DNA of 64,000 nucleotides, taken from Promethearchaeota archaeon. Its GTDB lineage: Archaea > Asgardarchaeota > Lokiarchaeia > Sigyniarchaeales > SOKP01. How positions within the stretch are numbered: position 1 is the first letter of the stretch; each line of letters begins with the position of its first letter. A program made the position numbers and the translations under genes. The notes below the pieces were generated by a model. The model saw only the letters and a program-made list of their open reading frames with translations. It did no database searches and was not told where the DNA came from. The DNA is taken from the NCBI GenBank assembly GCA_016926735.1, contig JAFGOA010000215.1, positions 20,578-84,577 on the forward strand. Reading direction: 5' to 3'. This document shows positions 40,196 through 50,504 of the stretch, in pieces.

Positions 40196-40348
40196 TTGTC
40201 ATCATATTATTCAAATTACGTACTATTTACTATTCTATCTTAATTAAATTAAAAATTTGAAAGATTATTAATTTTTTTAAACTAAATCCATATTATAGAT
40301 TAATTTATATAAGAAATCCATCTGATTTATTTTAGAATTATATTTATA

Positions 40349-41479
40349 TTAAATCGCTTTATACGCTTCATTAATAGCAGAACATCCTCCACATCTTACG
40401 CATCCAGCTTTATGTTCAAGAGGATTAACTCCCAATTCTCTCATAAATTTCCCACTATTATAATATAATTCTAATAATGATTTATACGTCATAGATAATT
40501 GTAGATCTAACTTGTTTGGCATTACCCTCACAGGAGTTATAAAAGGAATTACTCCTATTATAACTAATTCTTGTATACTCTTAGTTAATGTTATGATATC
40601 TTCTCCTAATCCAACAAGAATATAGGATTCTACTTGATTTTTACCAAAAATGTCTATAGCATTTTTCCAATTATCTCTATAGAGTTGATAAGAAATGTGA
40701 GATTTTCCTGGTGTTATATATTTTCTGATATTTTCATCTAATATTTCTATATGAATACCTATAGTATCTGCTCCACTATCCTTAAGTTGATTAAGATAAT
40801 CTGGGTTATAAACAGGCTCTAATTGAATGTGAATAGGTATTTTTGGATGATCTTCTTTTAGTTTTTTTAAAATATTGATATAGCGAAATACTACATTTTT
40901 TTCATTATGTTCAGAACCTGTAGTAAGAGTAATATGAGAACATCTATTTTCCCTTTTCGCTTCAGTTATAACTTCAGATATTTGTTCAGGAGATTTTTCC
41001 AATATTGTACTTTTATTATTTAAACTTATTTCAATACCACAGAATTTACAAGCGGTTCCACATTGCCAATAATCACATTTTTGATAAATTGTTGATGCTA
41101 AACAATCAAATCCATGGACTAAAGCAATTTTACTCATTAAGATATTATCTGATGTTCTTAAATTATCTAAACAATATCGAGGTGATTCAATGAGTCGAAA
41201 TACTCCCAAGGAGGATTTATTTTCTCTATTAAATACTTCAAATAAAGATTTATTTTTATATTTTAAAGATAATTCACTTTTAATGGAATTTTTCCAGAGA
41301 GCTACATTTACTAATGTTTTATTGTCTTCAAAAACAAAATATCTACCTCCATAAGGTCCAGCGCCTCCTTTTCTTCCAAAATTAGATTTAAAATAAAAGT
41401 CAAATTTCTTTTTATCAATATATATACCTTTATAGAGTAATTTAGTTTTATTAGCAAGAATTTTATGGATATTTGGCAT
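40349..41479 (-). CDS. Radical SAM protein (MSMEG_0568-like)
   Basis: GRKGGAGP, IALVHG..CLASTI.Q.C..W....CKFC, terminal KAGCVRCGGCS. Confidence 0.85.
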   Translation of the reverse strand: MPNIHKILANKTKLLYKGIYIDKKKFDFYFKSNFGRKGGAGPYGGRYFVFEDNKTLVNVALWKNSIKSELSLKYKNKSLFEVFNRENKSSLGVFRLIESPRYCLDNLRTSDNILMSKIALVHGFDCLASTIYQKCDYWQCGTACKFCGIEISLNNKSTILEKSPEQISEVITEAKRENRCSHITLTTGSEHNEKNVVFRYINILKKLKEDHPKIPIHIQLEPVYNPDYLNQLKDSGADTIGIHIEILDENIRKYITPGKSHISYQLYRDNWKNAIDIFGKNQVESYILVGLGEDIITLTKSIQELVIIGVIPFITPVRVMPNKLDLQLSMTYKSLLELYYNSGKFMRELGVNPLEHKAGCVRCGGCSAINEAYKAI

Positions 41480-41689
41480 ATCGTAAGAATAAATCTATTG
41501 TATATTCTTGAATATTATAGAGAAAATCTCATTTTCTATTATATTTATCAAATAAATTATAATTTTTATAACTAATTATGATAATTTAACACTCTTTATA
41601 TTAAAAATATAGAAAAAAAATATAATTGAATCTTAATAAAATATTTTAATTTAAATATTAGAAGGATTAAAAAAAAAAGAGAATTATAT

Positions 41690-41812
41690 AAACACCATTT
41701 CAAACTACCTTGAGGAGATACATTCACAGAGAAATCTTAAATAAGAGAAGATTTTGATATCTTTGAAGAAATTAGAATAAATATAAGGGTTGGCTCAAGG
41801 AAGGGAGTGTTT
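41690..41812 (+). ncRNA. Candidate structured RNA / IS200-IS605 right-end (omegaRNA-like) remnant
   Basis: Four nested stems: AAACAC/GTGTTT, CTACCTTGAG/CTCAAGGAAG, GAGATA/TATCTT, AAATCTT/AAGATTT; higher GC than flanks. Confidence 0.35.
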
Positions 41813-41936
41813 AATATAAATTGTTGCAAGAATGTCCAAGGAATATTCACGTAAATTTTTAATCGTTTAAAAAAAGAATATAAAAGGTTATTAAATTAAA
41901 AATATATGAAATTTTATATATGATAATTTTCTCTAT

Positions 41937-42506
41937 TTGAGAATGTCAGAAATAATTGTTCCTTTAGATTATTCAAACTTACAAAGTGTTATCCCAAAAG
42001 AGGATGAAATTATCTATAGTGGGATATCGAACATGATGGCCATGAATATAACATTTTATGGCGTTCATGTAATAATATCCTCAAAGAACTTTTCTTACAT
42101 TAGACAATATCCCAATAAAAAGCTAGATATCTATCCTAAAATAGAATTCAATTATGGAAAGAATTTAAAAAAGCGTGGTTATTTACAGCTACTTCCTTTA
42201 TATGAGATTGATTCTTGTTATTTTGATAATGGTTGGAAATTACCAAAAATTACGTTATCTAAAGCATTAGGGTTTGCTAATTTCGCTATATTGCAATGTA
42301 AAGACTATGAATCAAAAGAAGATTTTAAAAAAAGAAAGAAAAATTTTCATCTTAAAATCTTACCATATGTGATTTCTTCCAAAAAAGAACATTTAAATGA
42401 GTTAGAATCCCATCCAGATGATTTTAAGTCAAAAGAAATCAATAAATTAAAAAAAACAATTAAAAAATGGACTGAAGCTTTAGAAAAAGAGGGTATATTA
42501 ATTTAG
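41937..42506 (+). CDS. Hypothetical protein
   Basis: 189-aa ORF with genome-typical composition; no motif recognised. Confidence 0.6.
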   Translation: MRMSEIIVPLDYSNLQSVIPKEDEIIYSGISNMMAMNITFYGVHVIISSKNFSYIRQYPNKKLDIYPKIEFNYGKNLKKRGYLQLLPLYEIDSCYFDNGWKLPKITLSKALGFANFAILQCKDYESKEDFKKRKKNFHLKILPYVISSKKEHLNELESHPDDFKSKEINKLKKTIKKWTEALEKEGILI

Positions 42507-42921
42507 ATTAAATATGACCTTATGAAATTGCCTCAATAATAATTAAGTATAATATCTAAAAGGAAGTAAGCTCATTTTTTATATGTTCTACTTTTATTAT
42601 TAGTAGTGGGTTTAGTAATAAAGAATTTAACGATATGGATTAAGAAAATTATATAAATTCCTCTTTTTTTTCATTTAAATGTCATGAATCAAGATCGTGA
42701 AAGACTGGTTTCACGTATAATTATCTATATCAATATATTAAATTGATATCTATCTTATTTTTTTATAAATAAATATTGATCTGACAAAATCGATTAATGT
42801 CATTTTCTAATTTTCAAAATTATAAAAAGATAAATATTTCAATAACGAATATAGATTAAAAATATATATTGACTTTCTTTTATATTAATTAAGAGAACTC
42901 ACTGTTAAAGAAAAATATCAT

Positions 42922-45171
42922 ATGAAAATTCGAAGATTCAATCAATTCATTTTCTTTTTTTTGATAATTTTTTTTGTAACAATTATCAATTTTGATAGTT
43001 CACAAATTAAAGAAAAAACAATTAAGAATTCTTATTTAAATATTCCTAAAGAAACTCTTGAAGTCGGTTGGAATAATGGTACGAGTGCAACTCCTAGAAC
43101 ATATGTTGATTATTTAGGAGTGATACATGCAGTTTGGGAGGATAATACAAAAGGTCCTTGGGGTACTGATTATGAAATTATGTATTCTTCAAATTCCGGT
43201 TCAGGGTGGTCAAATCCAATAGTTATTTCAGATGGATATAATGGAAATTATTGGAACAATGAAGCAAGTGTTTTACCTGATATTACAATAGATTTAGATG
43301 GGAATATTTATGTTGTTTGGCAGGATGATACAGATGGTCCTTGGGGTATTGATTATGAAATTATGTATGTTAATTATATACAAGGAATAGGATGGTCAAA
43401 TGTAACTGTTATTTCAGATGGATATAATGGAACTTATTGGAATAATAATGCAAGTAATCGACCAAGCATTGCAGTTGATCAAAATGGAAAAGTACACGTT
43501 GTATGGTATGATTATACAGATGGTCCTTGGGGAAATGATATTGAAATTATGTATGCTTCAAATTCCGGTTCAGGGTGGTCAAACGCAACTGTTATTTCCG
43601 ATGATGAGACACTATGGAATGATGGATTTAGTAGGAGGCCTAATATTGCTATAGAAACCTCTGGAACTATTCATGTTGTTTGGGAAGATGATACCGATGG
43701 AGTTTGGGGAAATAATTCTGAAATTATGTATGTATCCTCTTTAGATGGAATTACTTTTTCAAACATTACAGTGATATCAGATGGATATAATGGAACTTAT
43801 TGGAACGATGGAATATGTTGTGAAAATGAAATAGTTATTGATAATTTAGATAATATCCATATTGTTTTTGATTGCTATGTTGGTGGAATTTATGGTACTG
43901 ATCTAGAAATTTTATATGTATCATCTTCAGATGGAATTACTTGGTCGAATATTACAGTGATATCAGATGGATATGGGGGATATTTTTGGAATAATGATTC
44001 AAGTGTTCGACCTGATATTGCAATAGATTTAGATGGGAATATTCATGTAGTATGGCATGATGATACAAACGGGCCATGGGGTGTTGATAGGGAAATTATA
44101 TATGCAATCTATTCTGAATCAGTTGGGTGGTCTAATGTAACTGTTATTTCTGATGATTTAACCAATTGGAATAATGGTGATAGTTTTGATCCTAATATTG
44201 CTATAGACTCCTCTGGAATTATTCATGTTGCTTGGAATGATGATACCGATGGTGCTTGGGGAAATGATACTGAAATTATGTATGCAACCTATTCTGAATC
44301 AATTGGGTGGTCTAATGTAACTGTTGTTTCAGATAGATTAATTCCTTTTTTTATTATTCCTACGTATCAAAATTATTTTTATATTAATTTGGTTTTATCT
44401 TTAATTTCTCTTGGTATTTTATGGGTATTGATATTAATTAATAAGAAAATCCAAACTGGTAATTATTCAATAAAAACTAAACAATTGACTAATCTATCCA
44501 TTATAACTGGTGCATCTTTATTAATTGTTCCTCAAGTAACACAAATACAATATAATTCTTCTATTAATTTGGGAGAAAATTTATTGGATTCATTTATATT
44601 TGTATTTCCCTGGATTATATTAATAATATGTATACTTATCATATTAATTTCGTTATTTTCATTACTTATTACATTAGATGAATATAAATCGTATGTAAGG
44701 AAAAAAACTATTTATTCAAAACCTTTTCATAATATCTCTTTTGAAGATATATTTGAAAATGAAAATAGAAGAAAAATTATTAGATATATCTTAGCTGAAC
44801 CTGGTATCCACTATAATGATTTACAAAGAAAATGTTTTTTAACACCTGGTCAAATTAGATGGCATCTTAATATATTATTGGAATATAATATTATAAAAAA
44901 AGATAGATTAGGACAATATATAGTTTTTAGTCCAAATATTATTGATTTAGAATATGAGAATTATAATAAAAAGGTTATAAGATCAAAAACAAGTCTTGAT
45001 ATTTTAGATATGATTGAAGAAAATCCTGGAGTAATTCCTTCAGATTTAGCAAATAATTTAGATTTAAAAAAAAGTACTATATCATACCATATTAATAAGT
45101 TAAAAAAGAAGGGTTTTATATATTCTAAAAAAGAAGGTCGAGAACTTAGAATTTTTCTCTTTGAAAAATAA
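42922..45171 (+). CDS. Signal peptide + 7-repeat beta-propeller-like ectodomain + 3 TMs + double wHTH
   Basis: Seven ~60-62-aa repeats (WN..S..P.I.ID..G.IHVVW.D.T.G.WG.D.EIMY....G..WSN.TVISD); TMs; then FENENRRKII..EPGIHYNDL..WHL and ENPG..PSDLA..KSTISYHINKL. Confidence 0.85.
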   Translation: MKIRRFNQFIFFFLIIFFVTIINFDSSQIKEKTIKNSYLNIPKETLEVGWNNGTSATPRTYVDYLGVIHAVWEDNTKGPWGTDYEIMYSSNSGSGWSNPIVISDGYNGNYWNNEASVLPDITIDLDGNIYVVWQDDTDGPWGIDYEIMYVNYIQGIGWSNVTVISDGYNGTYWNNNASNRPSIAVDQNGKVHVVWYDYTDGPWGNDIEIMYASNSGSGWSNATVISDDETLWNDGFSRRPNIAIETSGTIHVVWEDDTDGVWGNNSEIMYVSSLDGITFSNITVISDGYNGTYWNDGICCENEIVIDNLDNIHIVFDCYVGGIYGTDLEILYVSSSDGITWSNITVISDGYGGYFWNNDSSVRPDIAIDLDGNIHVVWHDDTNGPWGVDREIIYAIYSESVGWSNVTVISDDLTNWNNGDSFDPNIAIDSSGIIHVAWNDDTDGAWGNDTEIMYATYSESIGWSNVTVVSDRLIPFFIIPTYQNYFYINLVLSLISLGILWVLILINKKIQTGNYSIKTKQLTNLSIITGASLLIVPQVTQIQYNSSINLGENLLDSFIFVFPWIILIICILIILISLFSLLITLDEYKSYVRKKTIYSKPFHNISFEDIFENENRRKIIRYILAEPGIHYNDLQRKCFLTPGQIRWHLNILLEYNIIKKDRLGQYIVFSPNIIDLEYENYNKKVIRSKTSLDILDMIEENPGVIPSDLANNLDLKKSTISYHINKLKKKGFIYSKKEGRELRIFLFEK

Positions 45172-45263
45172 TGGTCCAAAAAGTACACCTCAAAACTTTA
45201 AAAAAATCCTAGCTTTTTATATTTATGAAATCATTTATTCAGATAATATTTAACTTTTAAAAT

Positions 45264-47570
45264 ATGAGAAAAGTAATCCCTTTACTAATATTTATTTTAA
45301 TTTTATTTTCTCTATATTCATTTTTTCCATTTTATAATAATTATATAAATAAAAGTAAATCGTTAAAATCATCATTAGTTAATCTTCCTGATAATAATCT
45401 TGAAATAAATTGGAATAATGGAACAAGTTCTTATCCCGATTTTGTTATTGATAATAACAATAATATTCATATAGTATGGTCGGATACTACTGAGGGTATA
45501 TGGGGTGATGATTCTGAAATAATGTACCAATTGCTAATTGATCAACCAAGTGGAGAAAATACAAGAATTATATCAGATGGGTTTGGAGGATGGTATGGTA
45601 ATGAAGGGAATAGTGTTGTACCTAAAATTGCTATTGATCATAATGAAAAACTCCATGCTGTTTGGGAAGATAATTCTGAGGGTCTTTGGGGTACGGATTA
45701 TGAAATAATGTATGCATCATCTGAAGATGGAATCTCATGGTCAAATACTACTGTAATATCAGATGGATATGGGGGATATTTTTGGAATAATGGATCTAGC
45801 TATAGTCCTTCAATTACTATAGATAATAATAATAAAATTCATGTCGTTTGGTATGATTATACTGAGGGTCCCTGGGGAGGGGATTATTCTGATTCAGAAA
45901 TAATGTATGTATCATCTGAAGATGGGATCTCATGGTCAAATGCTACTGTAATATCAGATGGATATGGGGGATATTATTGGAATACTGGATGGAGTGAAAG
46001 CCCTGTAATAGCTAATGATAACAATAATAAGATTTATATAATATGGAGTGATTATACTGAGGGAATTTGGGGTTATGATCAAGATATAGTATACGTTTCA
46101 TCAATAGATGGAATTTCATGGTCAAATGTTTCTCTAATTTCTGATGATTTAACAGATTGGAATAATCGAGATAGTATCTCTCCAGATATAATGATAGATA
46201 ATACGAATACTCTCCATGTTGTATGGAGTGATGATACAGATGGAATTTGGGGTACTGATAGAGAAATAATGTATGCATCATCAATAGATGGAATTTTATG
46301 GTCAAATGCTACAGTTATTTCAGATGGATATAGTGGATATTATTGGAATAATAACAATAGTTATAGTCCTAGTCTTTCTTTAGATAATATTAATACTCCT
46401 CATGTTGTGTGGAGTGATGATACAGATGGAATTTGGGGTACTGATAGAGAAATTATGCATGTTTCTTTGGTTATTGGAATTTTATGGTCAAATGCTACAG
46501 TTATTTCAGATGGATATAATGGATATTATTGGAACGATGGGGCAAGTAATAGTGCCAAAATTGCATTTGATAATGATAATAACATCCATATTATATGGAG
46601 TGATGATACAGATGGAAATTGGGGTATTGATAGAGAAATTATGCATGTTTTTTCCTCTGATGGATTGACTTGGACAAATATCACCATTTTATCTGATCAA
46701 TTGAGCTCACTTAATTATAATTCTAACAATATATACGAATTCTTTTTTCAATTTAATCTTATATTTTCTTCAATTTTACTAGGATTACTTATATTAATAT
46801 CATTATTACGGAAAAAATTAAAAAAGAACCAGAAATCAATTCAAAATTTAGCTATTGTAGACATTTCATCTATTACTCTATCTACAACAATAGCTATACC
46901 GCAAGTACTTCAAATTCAATATAATTCTTCTTTAATTGTTGGAAATAATTTAATTAATCTTCTGATTCTTATATTTCCATATTTTATCTTAATTTTATGT
47001 CTAATTATAATCATCTTATCAATAATTTCTTTAGTTATATCTTTAGATGAATATAGTAGATATATAAAAAAAAAACAAATTTATATCAAAAATCACCCTA
47101 ATCTTGATTTTGAAGATATTTTTGAGAACTATAATAGAAGGAAAATTATTAAATTAATTCTTGCAGAACCAGGAATTCATTATAATGACTTATTAAGAAA
47201 ATGTGATTTATACCCTGGTCAATTACAATGGCATTTGAATGTTCTATTAGAATTTTGTATTATTAAAAAAGATAAAATTAGTAATTTTACAATATTTCTA
47301 CCTAATATACAAGATTTATCTATTGATGATTATGGAAGCAAATTAGTTAAATCTAAAACTAGTTTAGACATATTAGATTTGATTGAGAAAAACCCTGGTA
47401 TTATTTCATCAACTTTAGCTGAAAATTTGGACCTAAAGAAAAATACTATTTCATATCATATTAATAAGTTGAAAAAGAAGAAAATAATTAGATCTGTCAA
47501 AAGAGGAAGAGAATTAAAAATATTTTTAAATGAAGATAGTTCGAAAAATGAACCTCAAATCTTTATATAG
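45264..47570 (+). CDS. Paralogue: 7-repeat ectodomain + 3 TMs + double wHTH
   Basis: Same architecture; wHTH region highly similar to 42922. Confidence 0.85.
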   Translation: MRKVIPLLIFILILFSLYSFFPFYNNYINKSKSLKSSLVNLPDNNLEINWNNGTSSYPDFVIDNNNNIHIVWSDTTEGIWGDDSEIMYQLLIDQPSGENTRIISDGFGGWYGNEGNSVVPKIAIDHNEKLHAVWEDNSEGLWGTDYEIMYASSEDGISWSNTTVISDGYGGYFWNNGSSYSPSITIDNNNKIHVVWYDYTEGPWGGDYSDSEIMYVSSEDGISWSNATVISDGYGGYYWNTGWSESPVIANDNNNKIYIIWSDYTEGIWGYDQDIVYVSSIDGISWSNVSLISDDLTDWNNRDSISPDIMIDNTNTLHVVWSDDTDGIWGTDREIMYASSIDGILWSNATVISDGYSGYYWNNNNSYSPSLSLDNINTPHVVWSDDTDGIWGTDREIMHVSLVIGILWSNATVISDGYNGYYWNDGASNSAKIAFDNDNNIHIIWSDDTDGNWGIDREIMHVFSSDGLTWTNITILSDQLSSLNYNSNNIYEFFFQFNLIFSSILLGLLILISLLRKKLKKNQKSIQNLAIVDISSITLSTTIAIPQVLQIQYNSSLIVGNNLINLLILIFPYFILILCLIIIILSIISLVISLDEYSRYIKKKQIYIKNHPNLDFEDIFENYNRRKIIKLILAEPGIHYNDLLRKCDLYPGQLQWHLNVLLEFCIIKKDKISNFTIFLPNIQDLSIDDYGSKLVKSKTSLDILDLIEKNPGIISSTLAENLDLKKNTISYHINKLKKKKIIRSVKRGRELKIFLNEDSSKNEPQIFI
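46215..46535 (+). repeat. Near-identical 186-bp-period intragenic repeats (repeats 5 and 6)
   Basis: catgttgt(a/g)tggagtgatgatacagatggaatttggggtactgatagagaaat at 46215 and 46401. Confidence 0.85.
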
Positions 47571-47645
47571 AAAAAAAATTTGTTTTTTTATGAATAGAAT
47601 TTTAGAATTTAGATTTAATTTATTGAATATAAAAGAGGGAAATGA

Positions 47646-49982
47646 ATGACAATGCAGAAAAGGATGTACAAGTTAAGATTAATATTGTTATTATTGATAA
47701 TTGGAATAACAAGTTTAGCTTTTATTTCAAATACAATTCTTTCAAATCATAAGATAGATAATATTGAAAATATTGTAGAATTAAGACAAAATATACTTGA
47801 GCGTACTAATTATACTGTCATTTCTGATGGATATGGAGGGGTATATTGGAATCGTCGTTCTTGCGATACTCCTTCAATGGCAATTGATAATGAAGGAAAA
47901 CTTCATGCTGTCTGGGATTGTTATATGGAGGAACAATGGGGTACTGATTATGAAATATTATATGCAAGCTCAATTGATGGAACTTCATGGTCTAATGTCA
48001 CCGTTATTTCGGACGATTATACATTATGGAACACAGGTTCTAGTACAGATCCAGAAATTGTAGCAGATCATAATAATAATCTTCATGTAATATGGCAAGA
48101 TACAACTCATGGACCTTGGGGTGATTATTATGAAATTATGTATGCAAATTATACCCAAGGGATAGGATGGTCTAATGCAACTGTTATTTCTGATGGATAT
48201 GAAGGATATTATTGGCATAATAGTATTGCATATGGTAAAGACATTACAGTGGATTCTAATAATAATCTACATGTAGTTTGGGGTGATGAAACAGAAGGTA
48301 TATGGGGAGATGATGGAGAAATTATGTATGTAAATTATATTCAAGGAATCGGTTGGTCAAATATAACGATTATTTCTGATGATGAGACTCATTGGAATAA
48401 CGGTACTAGTAACGACCCCACAATTGCAATTGATTCTTTTGATAAAATACATGTAATGTGGAATGATTATACGCATGGATCTTGGGGAGAAAGTGGGGTA
48501 GTAATGTATGCTTCCTCATCAAATGGAAGCTCTTGGTCAGATGTAACTGTAATGTATGATTTAGGTCTTGAATACACTACTGGTGCTGCACCTGATATGT
48601 GTGCTGATGAAAAGGGAAATATTCATATTGCTTTGATGGGTGGTTATGGATTTGATAGTAATCTATATTATATTTCTCACAATGAAATAGAAGGCTGGAG
48701 CGCCCCCGTTTGTTTTACAGAGGATTCTAGTGATTGGATTACGTCCAGTTCAGATTTCCAACCATCTATATCTGTCGATAATTTTGGAACTGTTCATCTT
48801 GCATTTACTTATGCCACATTTGAGAGTGCGTATGATAATGATTTAGAGATTCGATATCGTGCATATAATGAAGATTTTGGATTAACACCTTCTCAATTAC
48901 TCTCTGATGGTTTTGGTGGAGATTATTATTCTAGTTCAAGGGATTCATATCCATCACTTGTTACTGATACTGATGGTAAAGCTCATGTGATATGGGTTGG
49001 TAGAAGACCCGGAGTTTGGATGGAAGCGTATGAATACGAAATCTTCTATTGCAATATTGTTGATCTACCTAATTTAGACTCTCCTGAAGATATTACTTAT
49101 GAACAAGATATGACGGGTTATTCAATAACATGGAATCCCTCCGGAATTAATCCAAATAATTATACAATTAAAGAAGGAGATACTATTGTTCAGACTGGAA
49201 ATTGGAATAATAGTTCACCGATTAATGTACCTATTGACGGATTAAGCTATGGTTCCTATAGTTATACAATTAACATCACTAATATGCCAGGTAAATATAA
49301 TACAGATACAATTACTGTAAATGTTTTGGAACCTCTTAATCCAGAAATATCTGAACCTTTAGATCTTACATTTGAAGAGGGCGAAACTGATCGTTCTATA
49401 TTTTGGACAGCAACAGATCTAAATGCAAATAATTATACAATATCAAATGGGACTGATATAATTAAGATAGGAAATTGGATATCTGGCATTTTAATTGAAT
49501 TTGAACTTGGAGCAATAGAAGAAGGTAGTTACAATTATGATATAATTGTTTATGATAAAGGTGGTCATTCATCTTCAGATTCTGTGTCTGTAAATGTTTT
49601 AGAACCTCATGATCCAACAATATCTCATCCTGATGATTTTAGTTATACTCAATATACCAAAGGAAATACAATTTCTTGGACTGCATCTGATCAATTTCCA
49701 GATAATTACAGACTCACCAGAAATGGGAGTAATATTGAAAGTCATAGCTGGATTTCAGATGTCCCAATTATAATTAATATTGATAACCTTCCAGATGGAT
49801 TATACTTATATCAGATATATGTTTATGATAAAGCAGGTCATTCAACTATGGATTCTGTATATGTTCTTGTTAATGCATCTGATAAACCCAATACAATATC
49901 ATTAGGTTTTCTTCCAATAGGTATAACTTTAGTTGGAATAATCGTTTTTATAGCTTATATGAAACGTAAAATTAAAATTTAA
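47646..49982 (+). CDS. Surface protein: 7-repeat propeller-like domain + 3 Ig-like repeats + C-terminal TM anchor
   Basis: Same repeat family; three ~90-aa repeats (SP.D.TYE.G..G.SI.W.A.D..P.NY.I...W...I.ID.L..G.Y.Y.I.VYD..G..S.D.V.VNV); C-terminal TM followed by KRKIKI. Confidence 0.85.
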   Translation: MTMQKRMYKLRLILLLLIIGITSLAFISNTILSNHKIDNIENIVELRQNILERTNYTVISDGYGGVYWNRRSCDTPSMAIDNEGKLHAVWDCYMEEQWGTDYEILYASSIDGTSWSNVTVISDDYTLWNTGSSTDPEIVADHNNNLHVIWQDTTHGPWGDYYEIMYANYTQGIGWSNATVISDGYEGYYWHNSIAYGKDITVDSNNNLHVVWGDETEGIWGDDGEIMYVNYIQGIGWSNITIISDDETHWNNGTSNDPTIAIDSFDKIHVMWNDYTHGSWGESGVVMYASSSNGSSWSDVTVMYDLGLEYTTGAAPDMCADEKGNIHIALMGGYGFDSNLYYISHNEIEGWSAPVCFTEDSSDWITSSSDFQPSISVDNFGTVHLAFTYATFESAYDNDLEIRYRAYNEDFGLTPSQLLSDGFGGDYYSSSRDSYPSLVTDTDGKAHVIWVGRRPGVWMEAYEYEIFYCNIVDLPNLDSPEDITYEQDMTGYSITWNPSGINPNNYTIKEGDTIVQTGNWNNSSPINVPIDGLSYGSYSYTINITNMPGKYNTDTITVNVLEPLNPEISEPLDLTFEEGETDRSIFWTATDLNANNYTISNGTDIIKIGNWISGILIEFELGAIEEGSYNYDIIVYDKGGHSSSDSVSVNVLEPHDPTISHPDDFSYTQYTKGNTISWTASDQFPDNYRLTRNGSNIESHSWISDVPIIINIDNLPDGLYLYQIYVYDKAGHSTMDSVYVLVNASDKPNTISLGFLPIGITLVGIIVFIAYMKRKIKI

Positions 49983-49992
49983 TAACTTTCTT

Positions 49993-50370
49993 TTAATTTT
50001 CTTTTTTTATTTTCAATTCTTTAAAATTAATAATAAGTTTTTCTATATTTAGTTTCCAGATTTTTTCAGGAGCCTTTCCTTGTTCACTTGCTCTATATCC
50101 TTCTAATTTAATTATATTTACCGATTCTAATTCTCTTAAATGATAATATAAAGAACATTTCTTTAATCTTTTTTCATCTCGACCATCACATAGATTTTGG
50201 GATATATTTTCCTTTTCTTTATTATCTTTTATAATTTTATTCAATCTCAGAAGAATCTCTATTGAGCTTAATGGACCTTCCCTCAATATCTTAATTATAA
50301 TCCATTTAATCGAGTAATGTAATGCTTTCATATATTCATAAGTTTCATCTATTCCAATTTCTTTAATCAT
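49993..50370 (-). CDS. ArsR-like winged-helix regulator
   Basis: KALHYSIKWIIIKILREGP..SLYYHLRELESVNII..GKAPEKIW. Confidence 0.75.
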   Translation of the reverse strand: MIKEIGIDETYEYMKALHYSIKWIIIKILREGPLSSIEILLRLNKIIKDNKEKENISQNLCDGRDEKRLKKCSLYYHLRELESVNIIKLEGYRASEQGKAPEKIWKLNIEKLIINFKELKIKKEN

Positions 50371-50504
50371 TTTCTTCTCATTAATCTCTTAATATTCGCT
50401 ATACAAAAAAAAAAGAAATATTTAAATAAAAACTTTCACTTGTTAAAAATAATATTTAACTAATGAAAACTTATATTTAATAAATAAAGAAATTAAATTC
50501 TGCT

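Noticed and set aside
41690-41812. Cobalamin riboswitch for the mutase genes
   Set aside because: No recognisable B12-box on the minus strand; kept only as a generic structured element.
43418-48063. Mutually similar Met-rich alternative-frame ORFs at 43418, 46402 and 47797
   Set aside because: Similarity is a by-product of the repeated propeller codons read in another frame.
43060-48560. Regular repeats as a CRISPR array or DGR template/variable pair
   Set aside because: Repeats are in-frame ~186-bp coding units with synonymous variation; no spacers, cas genes or reverse transcriptase in the window.
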